Source: Octopus sinensis (Eukaryota). Taken from it: DNA of 46,528 bases. The stretch is taken from contig NW_021834614.1 of the NCBI RefSeq assembly GCF_006345805.1, forward strand, positions 1-46,528. The letters are read 5' to 3'. Made by a program: the position numbers and the translations under genes. The notes beneath the pieces were generated by a model, which saw nothing but the letters and a program-made list of their open reading frames with translations, was not told the DNA's origin and ran no database searches. Positions 1 through 10,799 of the stretch are shown piece after piece (the first letter of the stretch is position 1; the number at the start of each line of letters is the position of its first letter).

Positions 1-210
1 AAAGAGATAGATACATAGATGGACAGACAGACAGATAGATAGATAGATATTATATAGATAGATAGATAGATTTGTGTGTGAGACGACGAATGTTTATTTA
101 ACCCAGCTCAATAAGACGTCGGAGTTATATGTCTGACCTTATCATAACTAACATCAACAGGAGCAGCCTTTGTATGTAATCCAATAGCTAAGAGTACTTA
201 AATCTTAACC

Positions 211-915
211 GCAGGAGTGGCTGTGTGGTAAGTAGCTTGCTTACCAACCTCATGGATCCGGGTTCAGTTCGAATGTGTGACACCTTGGGCAAGTGTCTTC
301 TGCTATAGCCTCGGGCTGACCAAAGCCTTGTGAGTGGATTTTGGTAGACAGAAACTGAAAGAAGCCTGTCGTATATATGTATATTATATATATATATCTA
401 TATATTATATATATAGGTGAATTGAAGAAATGGAGCTGAACGCAGATTGAACAGAAATCGTTTTATTTCATTCTACGTGTGTTCGAAGGCACAATTTACC
501 AAAATCCGATTGAATAATGGGACCATATTGTGTCTTTCTCTTCAGGAAGAAATAGGAAATCCGATTTTTGCTACCAAGGTATCGGTTAAACTTTTGATTA
601 ATCTACTACAAGATTATTCATCTTTCTATTTCACATATATATATGTATGTGTGTGTGTGTGTGTGTGTTGTGTGTGTGTGTGTGTGTGTGTGCGTGTGTG
701 TGTTTGTGAGTCTGTGTTTGCCCCTTCGCCCCACATCGCTTGACAACCGATGGTGGTGTGTGTACGTCCCCACAACATTAGCAGTTCGGCAAAAGCGAAC
801 GATAGAATAAGTACTAGGCTTACAAAGAATAAGTCCTGGGGTCGATTTGCTCGACTAATGGCTGTGCTCCAGCATGGCCACAGTCAAATGACTGAAACAA
901 TAAAAGAGAGTAAGA
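211..915 (+). mobile_element. tRNA-derived SINE (family A) whose internal (TA)/(TG)n tract is interrupted by a PLE fragment
   Basis: Pol III A-box-like TGGCTGTGTGGTAAG and B-box-like GGGTTCAGTTC; body CACCTTGGGCAAGTGTCTTC; 3' tail CCAGCATGGCCACAGTCAAATGACTGAAAC; homologous copies at 9055, 14657 and elsewhere in the window. Confidence 0.85.
416..635. mobile_element. Internally deleted derivative of the palindromic Penelope-like element at 17215-19405
   Basis: 416-563 matches 17227-17377 and 563-635 matches 19332-19405; flanked by (TA)n. Confidence 0.85.
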
Positions 916-989
916 GAGATTACTCTCACCAGCACATACGTTTGACAATACATATTCTAACGCACATACACTGTGTTTTATATTCTTTC

Positions 990-1262
990 TTTTACGTGTT
1001 TCTGTCATTTGACTGTGGCCATGCTGGGGCATCGCTTTTAGTCGAGCAAATCCACCCCAGGACTTATTCTTTGTAATCCTTGTACGTGTTTTATCGGTCT
1101 CTTTTGCCGAGCCGTTAAGTTACGGGAATGTAAACACATCAACATTGGTTGTTAATCGATGGTGGACACACACACTGGTGGCCCAAGGTGCCTCGCAGTG
1201 GGACTGAACCCGGAACCATGTGGTTGAGAATCAAGCTTCTAACTGCACAGCCACGCCTGCGC
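990..1262 (-). mobile_element. SINE family A, internally deleted copy
   Basis: Reverse complement of the head (GGCGTGGCTGTGCAGTTAGAAGC...GGTTCCGGGTTCAGTCCC) and tail (CCAGCATGGCCACAGTCAAATGACAGAAAC) of family A. Confidence 0.85.
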
Positions 1263-1349
1263 TCATATGTATATATATATCAGAGTATTGACCAGACTAT
1301 TAGATGTTGTTATACAACGCTGCTCACGATGCATTTCAACTTGTTTTAG

Positions 1350-1553
1350 CTTTCGAGTGATACTAGCCCATGGCTACGCGAACAGACCATCATCCACCCC
1401 AGATCGGAAGGTATCCCGTCGCAAGGTATACTCACCTACAGCTGAGCGGACTGGAACAACCTGAAAGTTGTGTTTGGCTCTGATCCCGGAATCGAACCTA
1501 CGGTCTAGCGATCGTAATTGCTGTACCCTAACCACTAGGCCTCGCACTTTCAC
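1350..1553 (-). mobile_element. Degenerate tRNA-head SINE (other family)
   Basis: Minus strand reads GGCCTAGTGGTTAGGG (A box) and GGTTCGATTCC (B box), followed by TGTTCCAGTCCGCTCAGCTGTA; similar head at 2620-2765. Confidence 0.6.
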
Positions 1554-1574
1554 GTATGTATAATATAATATATA

Positions 1575-1612
<38 letters not shown>

Positions 1613-1639
1613 TCGAGAAATATATATGGAAAAGTCTGA

Positions 1640-2480
1640 TAATATAAGCTTTCTCGTACTCAAATATTTCCTTGATTTAAGTTCTGACCACTTTTCGTAA
1701 CACTCCTTGGTTTGCCGAAATTGTTCTTTCTTTGAATAGCTTTTCATCTGAAGGGGAATTTTCCAACAGGCCCCTAGAGTGGATATAGCAAAGAGAGCGG
1801 GCCTCAACGATGCCAACTTGTTCGTCAGCTATGTTGAGGTTCAGATAGTCTTGCAGTCCACGGATCGCATGCTTGAGCTACACGTCTGGCACGTCGACGA
1901 CTGTTTCGGCGAACCTCAATGTCCAGCGAATAATTCAACATCTCTATTTCATCCACCTTTCACTCCGTCTTTGAATTCTTCTCTGTCTCCAACACCATCA
2001 CTAACTTCCTCCACATTTTCGTTCCAATCAAGCATTCCTGTCTTCCCACCTCCATCCATGACAATCCTATAGACTCCCACTCCTAACTCAACATCTCCTC
2101 CATTCAACCTACCCACCACACTAAGCTGTAGGTCCCTTCTCTCAATTCCTCCGTTTCCGTCGGCTCTGTAGTCACGACACTACTTCGAAACACAGTTCCA
2201 TCCCACGGCCCGCGACTTTACTCAACGGGGATATTTGCCCCTGTTACCCCAGTCGCTCTTTCTCGTGTTCTGTCTTTTAACCGCGAATCGGCCCTTTCTG
2301 CCCGCAACCGCCCCACATTTATTCGCATCTCCTGACCCTTTATCTAAACTCACACCACTCCACCCATGAAACGCAGGCGCTTTCTTCCAAGTCCCTTCTG
2401 AACCCTCCACATCTTGCATTTCCTTCCAATCCATTTCTCCGCAGCCGCAGCCGACGTAGCCTACTATGTTTAAATAGGAT
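1640..2480 (+). pseudogene. Degenerate Penelope-like (Neptune-type) reverse transcriptase fragment
   Basis: Frameshifted translation gives LKYFLD, FAEIVLSLNSFSSEGEF, AGLNDANLFVSYVE (GPxYANLFVGYVE), WHVDDCFG (RYIDD), TSIHDNPIDSHS (YKPTDSHSYL), SQFLRFRRLCS and QRGY, motifs typical of PLE RT and thumb. Confidence 0.8.
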
Positions 2481-2489
2481 CCACATGTT

Positions 2490-2765
2490 CCTTTCCAAGG
2501 CACAAGTCTGGGCAAGGCTGTCTGATGGTAGACCAGCAGTCGCCCGTCCATACAAGTCTCGCCTCTCGACGCCACCGATGTTATTCAAGGGAAAGACAAA
2601 TGCCGATTCAGCTTGGCAGGGAACTGGAGCAACAGGAAATAGTGTCTTGCTCAAGAACATAACACAATAGAATACAATAGATAGACAGCGCGGTCAGGGA
2701 ATCGAACTCCTTACCTCATGAACGTAAGCCCGACGCTCTAGCCACTGAGCCATGAGACTTCACAA
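2490..2765 (-). mobile_element. tRNA-head SINE, degenerate
   Basis: Minus strand has TGGCTCAGTGGCTAGAG (A box) and GAGTTCGATTCCC (B box), then TGTTCTTGAGCAAGACACT. Confidence 0.65.
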
Positions 2766-3059
2766 ATGCACAAATGTATGTCTGTATAAAAATGTATATA
2801 ATACACTTGTGTGTGGATGGATCATTATGATATAAATCTGATCTGGTGTAATCCGGAGGTGGGAATCAGTGTCAGAGAGGTAATGATGTCTAAAACATTT
2901 CTAAAAATTAATTACGAGAAAAAAATACATAAATAAAAAGTAATTAGGCATACAAATGAATTAACTAGGAACAAAGAGTAGATTACGTTAACTAATTTAG
3001 GCAACTAATTACTAATTATGTAATTTAGTAATCCCATGCAACAACAAAGGTGGCGAAAT

Positions 3060-3715
<656 letters not shown>

Positions 3716-3962
3716 AGTTGTATGCTTGTGTTGAAAATTAATAGGCATTGAATTCGAATGAAATGGTGAATGTGAGAATGTCATAAATACCAATTGCTAA
3801 CCCTTTGCATTCATTAAATGCGTTTATTGCAGAAGCGGGGACGCGCGGCAGGGTCGGGTCCTGTTTTAACCTTAACCGATTTTGAACAGAGATTTATATG
3901 TAATCGAGAAACAGCAAGCGAATCTATTTCTGTCCGTTAATAATGGTGGTATTTCAGCTTGT

Positions 3963-3993
<31 letters not shown>

Positions 3994-4061
3994 TTTGCTT
4001 GTATGTGTCACTTTATGCCTAAAATATAAATCTATAGACAGATATCTGTAGATAAGAGAGT

Positions 4062-4109
4062 ATATATATATATATATATATATATAGAGATAGAGAGAGA
4101 GAGAGAGAG

Positions 4110-4152
<43 letters not shown>

Positions 4153-4153
4153 C

Positions 4154-4210
<57 letters not shown>

Positions 4211-4225
4211 CATTGATAGATAGAT
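4062..4225. repeat. (TA)n-(GA)n-(TAGA)n microsatellite
   Basis: Directly visible. Confidence 0.95.
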
Positions 4226-4621
4226 CCCTATGTATGTGTGTACGTGTGTATGTAATTGATATTTAAATTGTGTTTGAAAATGTTGGGTGAACCTATTATT
4301 TACTCAATATTATGTGTTTAAATATTTTCAGGTTCAAATTACCTCCTATTCCTCGTGTAACGCCGCCGTCTCCTGGGGTCAGGTCACTAATAGTTTTCAC
4401 CTATTGTATAATATTTTGCGAGCATGGATCATAGACCATAGGTCATTTCTGATAGAGCAAGGGGCCGTGCCTACAGGGAGTGGGAAACTAGCAGACGCAA
4501 TAGTGTGGTTGATTAAATTCGAGCACTTTGAGCTAATTATGTTTTGTTTCGATTGAAGCAGTGGTTCTGAGTTCAAAACTTAGTAAAGACATCATTGACA
4601 TCTGTTGGGAATGAAATATTA

Positions 4622-5420
4622 GTTTGAAAATTTGTTACAAGGTCAGCTATTTCGGGTGGGGATAATAGGTCATTTACATTGACCCCAGTGCTCAACTGGT
4701 ACTTATTTTATTGACCCTGAAGCGATGAAAGGCAAAGTCGACTTCAGCGGAATTAGAACTCAGAAATTAAAACCGGACGAAAGACCGCCAAGCATTTCGC
4801 CCGATGTGTTAACGATTTTTCTTCTACTCTAGGCACAAGGCCCGAAATTTGTGGGGAGGGGGGCAGTTGATTAGATCGACCCCAGTACACAACTGGTACT
4901 TAATTTATCGATCCTGATACGATGAAAGGCAAAGACGATTCTGCCATCTCACCGCCTTAATCAATAATAATAATAATAATGGTTTCAAATTTGGGCACAG
5001 GGCCAGGAATTTCAGAGGAGGGAGTAAGTCATTTACATTGATCCCAGTGCTCAACTGGTACTTATTTTATCGACCCTTAAGCGATGAAAGGCAAAGTCGA
5101 CCCCGGCGGAATTAGAACTCAGAACGTAAAGACGCTTGAAATACTGATAATTTTTTACCCGGTGTACTGAAGATTCTGTCACCCCGTCGCCTTATGTTGA
5201 AGAAGAAATATAGATTTCAAATTTTGGCTCATGGCCAGCAATTTCGGGGAGGTGGTAAGTTGATTAGATCGACTCCAGTCCTCTACTGGTACTTATTTTA
5301 TTGAACCCGAAAGTAAGAAAGGCAAAGTCAATCTCGGCAGAATTTGAACTCAGAACTTAATTGCGGACGAAATGGAGCTGTTTTGCCAGGCGTGCTAACG
5401 TTTCTGTTAGCTCAGCGCCT
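4622..5420 (-). mobile_element. Cluster of four Nin-domain SINE copies (family B), one nested
   Basis: Each carries the reverse complement of GACTTTGCCTTTCATC..GGGGTCGATAAAATAAGTACCAG (Nin/Deu-type domain); copy 4818-4934 is nested between ACGATT duplications. Confidence 0.85.
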
Positions 5421-5469
5421 ATATATATATATATGTTTGTGTATATATATATGTATATATTATGTATAT

Positions 5470-5515
<46 letters not shown>

Positions 5516-5536
5516 TGTGTATATATATATGTATAT

Positions 5537-5591
<55 letters not shown>

Positions 5592-5617
5592 CTTAATCCA
5601 AACGGAAAAACAGAAAA

Positions 5618-5648
<31 letters not shown>

Positions 5649-5649
5649 C

Positions 5650-5680
<31 letters not shown>

Positions 5681-5689
5681 GACAAGCAA

Positions 5690-5853
5690 GTACAGACATC
5701 GACTCCAGTGTGTAACTGGTACTTATTTAATCGACCCCCGTAAGGATGAAAGCAAAGTCGACCTCGTCGTAATTTGAACTCAGAACGTAACGGCAGACGA
5801 AATATCGCTAAGCATTTCGTCCGGTTTGCTAACGATTCTGCCAGCTCGCCGCC
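5690..5853 (-). mobile_element. Nin-domain SINE (family B)
   Basis: Reverse complement of GGCGGCGAGCTGGCAGAATCGTTAGC...GAGTTCAAATT...TAAATAAGTACCAG. Confidence 0.85.
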
Positions 5854-6869
5854 CTTTGGTGACGACGCGAAGGTCATAGGTGGAACCCTTTTTTAACATA
5901 AGTGTGTTCAGTAGTAGGTGGCCTGGTCATAAACGGTAACAACAATATTAACAGCACGTAAAAGAAAGAAAGAGATCAAGTTTACATTACCAGAAATTAA
6001 TATTCCCCACGTTTCATTATACCACATTAAAGAGAAATGAAAGGGCACACTGTAATAATGTGGTCCTTGATTAACAGAAAAGACAGTATGGTCATGGTTG
6101 GAACGCCTTTCATCATGACTTTATTCAGTCCCATTTACCCTTTTGCCTGTCCTGTGTATCCTTTGTAATACACAAGACACAGTTCTTTGGTGTTAATGCA
6201 TTTTATATAATACATATTGTCAGTTTTTACAACCACAAGAGTAACTCAGGGCGTATGAAATATGAAGGCGTTATGTTACTCAGAAGGTATGAAACAAGAG
6301 CTAATTACAAAGGTGAAAACAAATATGGACATTTAGGACAAACTTATAAAAGTGCTTTCGACAAGGTTTTAGAGTGGTGAAACCTCAATCTTAGTCTAAC
6401 CCCTTGCCTGTCCTGTGTATCTTATGTGATATACGGGACATATTTCCCCGGTATCCATACATTATATATGATACACATTCTCAATTTTTCTCAACTTTTG
6501 TAATACAGGAAATTTCCCATGTATTATTTTTTCACAAATATTCCCTATTCTTCTCTCACTCAGCTTCCATGCATTTTTCCCGATCGAATCTCCTGCGATG
6601 ACAAATGTAAACTTCATTTGATCAAGATATCTTTTGTCCGACAGGTAGCTAGCAGATTACCCTTCGTTTGTGTAATTATAACTTCCGAGGTTCTGTTAGA
6701 TACGAAACATATATAGCCTGGATTTTATCTACTCCACTACATAATGTTGCATGTATATCGTTCATCATATATCATACATTTTAATTATTAGATATTAATT
6801 TGGTTTAGTTTGTGAGTATACTCATATGGGACCGCAGAATACATCTCACAAGAGCGTGTGTATCATATA

Positions 6870-7418
6870 CGAGGGTGAGCCATAAAGTAATGCCATTTTG
6901 TTTAGGACAGGTATAATTATCAACACAGGAACATGTATCATACATCAAAATGAAGCTGGTCCTCTGTGGATCACATCCCTACTTCTCAACATAGCCACCG
7001 TTTCTCTCAATAGCAATGTTCCACCTTCGAATGAGAGCATGTATCCCTGCCCTGTAAAATTCTGTTGACTGTTCTTTGAGCCATTTCTTCACTACAGTTT
7101 TCACTTCCTCGTCACTGGAATAATGTTTGCCTCTCAAACCCTCTTTCATGGGGCCGAAGAGATGATAGTCCAGTGACGAGGAAGTGAAAACTGTAGTGAA
7201 GGAGTGGCTCAAAGAACAGTCAACAGAATTTTACGGAGCAGGGATACATGCTCTCATTCAAAGGTGGAACATTCCTATTGAGAGAAACGGTGACTATGTT
7301 GAGAAGTAGGGATGTGATCCACAGAGGACCAGCTTCATTTTAATGTATGATACATGTTCCTGTGTTGGTAATTATACCTGTCCTAAACAAAATGGCATTA
7401 CATTTTGACTCACCCTCG
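6870..7418. mobile_element. Mariner-derived palindromic non-autonomous element (two transposase 3' ends, ~250-bp arms)
   Basis: TA|CGAGGGTGAG...CTCACCCTCG|TA; arms 6870-7119 and 7169-7418 are reverse complements; the minus-strand ORF encodes the mariner C-terminus DYHLFGPMKEGLRGKHYSSDEEVK...RWNIAIERNGGYVEK. Confidence 0.92.
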
Positions 7419-7524
7419 TACAATATGCGCATTTTTTGTAATTAAATATAATTTATAAAGCTCTCTCAGGATCACATATGGTACACGTTTTTATTTTTTT
7501 TTATATATCCCGTCTTTTATCTTT

Positions 7525-7840
7525 TATTTTTTACTTGTTTAAGTCATTAGACTGCTGCCATGTTGGGGCACCGCCTTGAAGAATTTTTAGTCCAATGAAT
7601 CGACCCCAGGACTTATTTTTTTGGTTTTTAGTCTGGTAATATCCTGTCTGTCCCTTTTGCCGAATCGCTACGATACGGAGACGTAAAGACACCAAGAACT
7701 GCTATCAAACAATGAGGTGGGGTGGAGGGAGAAACAGGGACATGTCGGCCCAAGGTTGTAGTAGAAAACATTTGCCCAGTGAGACTGATCGCAGAACCCT
7801 GTGGTTGAGAAGCAAACTTCTTACACACAACCATGCCTCT
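7525..7840 (-). mobile_element. SINE family A, internally deleted copy
   Basis: Reverse complement of the family A head and tail. Confidence 0.75.
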
Positions 7841-7861
7841 GTCTATATATTGCATATCATA

Positions 7862-8265
7862 TAGGCGGCGAGCTGGCAGAAACGTTAGCACGCCCGGGCG
7901 AAATGCTTAGCGGTATTTCGTTTGCTGTTACGTTCTGAGTTCAAATTCCGCCAAGGTCGACTTTGCCTTCTATCCTTTCGGGGTCGATTAAATAAGTACC
8001 AGTTACACACTGAGGTCGATATACTCGATTTAATCCGTTTGTCTGTCCTTGTTTGTCCCCTCTGTGTTTAGCCCCTTGTGGGTAATAAAAAATAGGTATT
8101 TCGTCTGTCTTTACGTTCGCCGAGGTCACTTTTCCTTTCATCCTTTCAGGGTCGATCAAATAAGTACCAGTTACGCACTGGGGTCGATTAATCAGCTTAA
8201 CCCCTTTTTCTGTCCTTGTTTGTTCCCTCTCAGTTTAGTCCCTTCCTGTGGGCAATAAAAACATA
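7862..8265 (+). mobile_element. Dimeric Nin-domain SINE (family B)
   Basis: Head AGGCGGCGAGCTGGCAGAAACGTTAGC; Nin domain twice (7955-8020 and 8120-8190), each followed by the same tail. Confidence 0.85.
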
Positions 8266-8419
8266 AATGTATTGCATATCATAATATCAACGAAACCAAA
8301 CCAGGCTCCAATTATTGGAAGCATGAGAAGAAGCATGGACGTTAAGGACAAACCATTGGACAGGCAAAGCGTTAACATAAAACCAGACACAACAATGAAG
8401 GAATGTTTATATGGAAATT

Positions 8420-8940
8420 AGACCAGCTAGAAATAGAAGCCAAATTATATCGTGCATCTACAAAAATGGAAGTACGCAATGGCTTAATTTATGTTATCGT
8501 GAAACATAGTTTACTTATAAAAGACATGACGGTCACATCTTAGTTTTTGATCATAAAGTTTGTCACTTAAACAGAAATGAAAACAACAACAACAACAACA
8601 ACAACACTAATGACAATAACGACTATAACAACATAAAATTAGTACAAAAAGAACCCCAAAACAACAACAGCAACAAGGAAGCCAACAACAAAGTAGAGCG
8701 TTGAGTTTATCATTAAACGTAGAGACACTACATAATGGTATAACTAGCTAGAAATAACAGCTAAAACTACTTCAAATCTCTCAGGCAGTCTTCAGATAAA
8801 ACTAGAAACGGATACGTTAGATGCGGTAAATCTAGATGTAGATTATACATGGTTACAGCTGGAATCACTGGAGTGTAAAGTGTATGGTATTTCTCAGAGT
8901 TTAGCCAACTGAAGCGGAGCTTGGTGTGCTTTTAAACAAC
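8420..8940 (+). mobile_element. Two old, highly decayed SINE-like relics
   Basis: Both start AGCTAGAAATA(G/A)..GC.AAA and end in AAACAAC; a related GATGGTCAYGG.TGGAA motif occurs at ~6085 and on the minus strand at ~35385 and ~36610. Confidence 0.35.
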
Positions 8941-9054
8941 ATCGCTGATAAAAATAAAGGAACTGGCATTTAAAAACCCTGATTGTATTTCTGCGACAGA
9001 TGTTAATATGTGAATGCATAAATTCGTTGAATATTCATAAAGAGAATTTAAGAG

Positions 9055-9462
9055 AGGCGTGGCTGTGTGGTAAGAAGCTTGCTTTCCAACCACATGATTC
9101 CGGGTTCAGTCTCACTGCGTGGCACCTTGGAAAAGTGTCTTCTACTATAGCCTCGGGCATCAAAGGCTGTGGTGATTGGTAACGGAAACTGAAAGAAGCC
9201 TGTCGAATGTGTATGTATATATGTGTTTGTGTCTTTGTGTCTCTGTTTATCGACATACCGCCATCGCTTGACAAACGATGTTGGTGTGTTTATGTCTCCG
9301 TAACCTAGCGGTTTCGCAAAATCGCCAGATAGAATAAGTAGTGGGTTTACCAAGAATAAGCCCTGAAGTCGAACTCTTTGACAAACAAACAAAAAAAGAC
9401 ATTTTAAGGCAGAGTTCCTAGATGGCCGCAGCCAAATGGCTGAAACAAATAAGAGAATGAAA
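9055..9462 (+). mobile_element. SINE family A
   Basis: GGCGTGGCTGTGTGGTAAGAAGCTTGC...GGGTTCAGTC...tail ATGGCCGCAGCCAAATGGCTGAAAC. Confidence 0.85.
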
Positions 9463-9554
9463 GAACAAAATAATATATTATTATATATTATGTATTTGCA
9501 AACGTAGATAACAAAAGAAAGAAAGAGACCTCAATATTCGGTTTCAAATAGCCA

Positions 9555-9613
9555 GATAACCGAAGAGATACCGTGGATTCCCACTTCGGCATCTGAAACT
9601 CAGAGTTTTATTT
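9555..9613 (+). ncRNA. Hammerhead ribozyme-like motif (type I, variant core CCGAAGA)
   Basis: ATAA-CCGAAGA-GATACC...GGCATC-T-GAAAC-TC-A-GA-GTT-TTAT; stems I, II and III can all be drawn. Confidence 0.55.
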
Positions 9614-9654
9614 TGACTATCGAGTAATGTAACTTATTATTGTATAGATATATA

Positions 9655-9673
9655 TATGTATATGTATATATGC

Positions 9674-9706
<33 letters not shown>

Positions 9707-9785
9707 TGTATGTATGTATGTATGTATGTATGTATGGATGGATGGATGGATGGATGGATGGATGGATGGATGTATGTATGTATGT
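9655..9785. repeat. (TATG)n-(GGAT)n microsatellite
   Basis: Directly visible. Confidence 0.95.
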
Positions 9786-9970
9786 GCCATGGTTTCAAAT
9801 TTTGGCATAGGTCTAGTAGTTTTCACCGACCCCAGTATTTAACTGGTACTTATTTTATCGAGACCGAAAGAATTTGAATTGAGAGCGTAAGCACAGACGA
9901 AATGTCGCTTATCATATTGTCCGGCATGCTCACGATACTAACGGCTCCCTATAACATCTGATATATATAT

Positions 9971-10603
9971 ATAATTGAAAAAGTTTGGGGGTCAACAAGA
10001 AGGGGCACGGTTGGACTTTCATTTTTCAATCACTACAATTGTTTCTGCATAACGTAGTTCTCCGGGTATGCAGGTGCTTGATTCTGCAACTGTTTCCCTG
10101 CATTATGATATCTAGTTGTGTTTCCTCAAGCGATATGTAAACATTCTTTTCTACTCTTAGCACAAGGCCCGAAATTTTCGGGGAGGGACCCCGTCGATTT
10201 GATCGACCCCAATACGCAACTGGTACTTAATTTATCGACCCCGAATGGATAAAAGGCAAACTCGATCTCGGGGGAATTTGAGCACAGAAGCTGATGCTTC
10301 TGCCAACTCGCCACCTTAGCGATATGTAACTATTGTCTCCGTAAGTTTAAAATCCTCAGCTTCAAGAACATCCACTCTGTCTGTCATGGACTGAATTTAG
10401 TAGCAGTCACTATCTTCTGTTGTTGAAGGACTGTTTCCTGGACCGAGGAAACACAATTAGATCACAACATAATGCAGGAAAACTGTTGCATAATGAAATA
10501 GCTGCACGCATGGAGAACTAGGTTGCGTGGAAACAATTGTAGGGATTAAAACCTAAATAGCCAACTGTACACGTTCTTATTAACACCAAATTTTTCAGTT
10601 ATC
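9971..10603. mobile_element. Old MITE-like element with ~155-bp degenerate terminal inverted repeats
   Basis: 9971-10127 aligns to the reverse complement of 10445-10603 (e.g. CTACAATTGTTTC, TAGTTCTCC, CCTGCATTATG, TTGTGTTTCCTC). Confidence 0.75.
10141..10317 (-). mobile_element. Nin-domain SINE inserted in the MITE with a 12-bp target-site duplication
   Basis: AGCGATATGTAA at 10129-10140 and 10318-10329 flanks the family B copy. Confidence 0.88.
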
Positions 10604-10736
10604 TGTTCACACAGGACAGACGCCCAAAGGCAAACCTGGAAGTACGTATAAATCTATTACTGGATAGCATGAAGTGAAATCCGAAGGTGAACGAGCTTTA
10701 TACTGTACTCTACTACGTTCTGAACAGAATATACCA

Positions 10737-10794
<58 letters not shown>

Positions 10795-10799
10795 ATATA

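Noticed and set aside
211-290. tRNA gene at SINE heads
   Set aside because: Only A/B boxes, no full cloverleaf, and continuous with the SINE body
4622-5420. Regularly recurring motifs resembling a CRISPR array
   Set aside because: These are ~200-bp diverged SINE copies in eukaryotic DNA, with no spacers or cas genes
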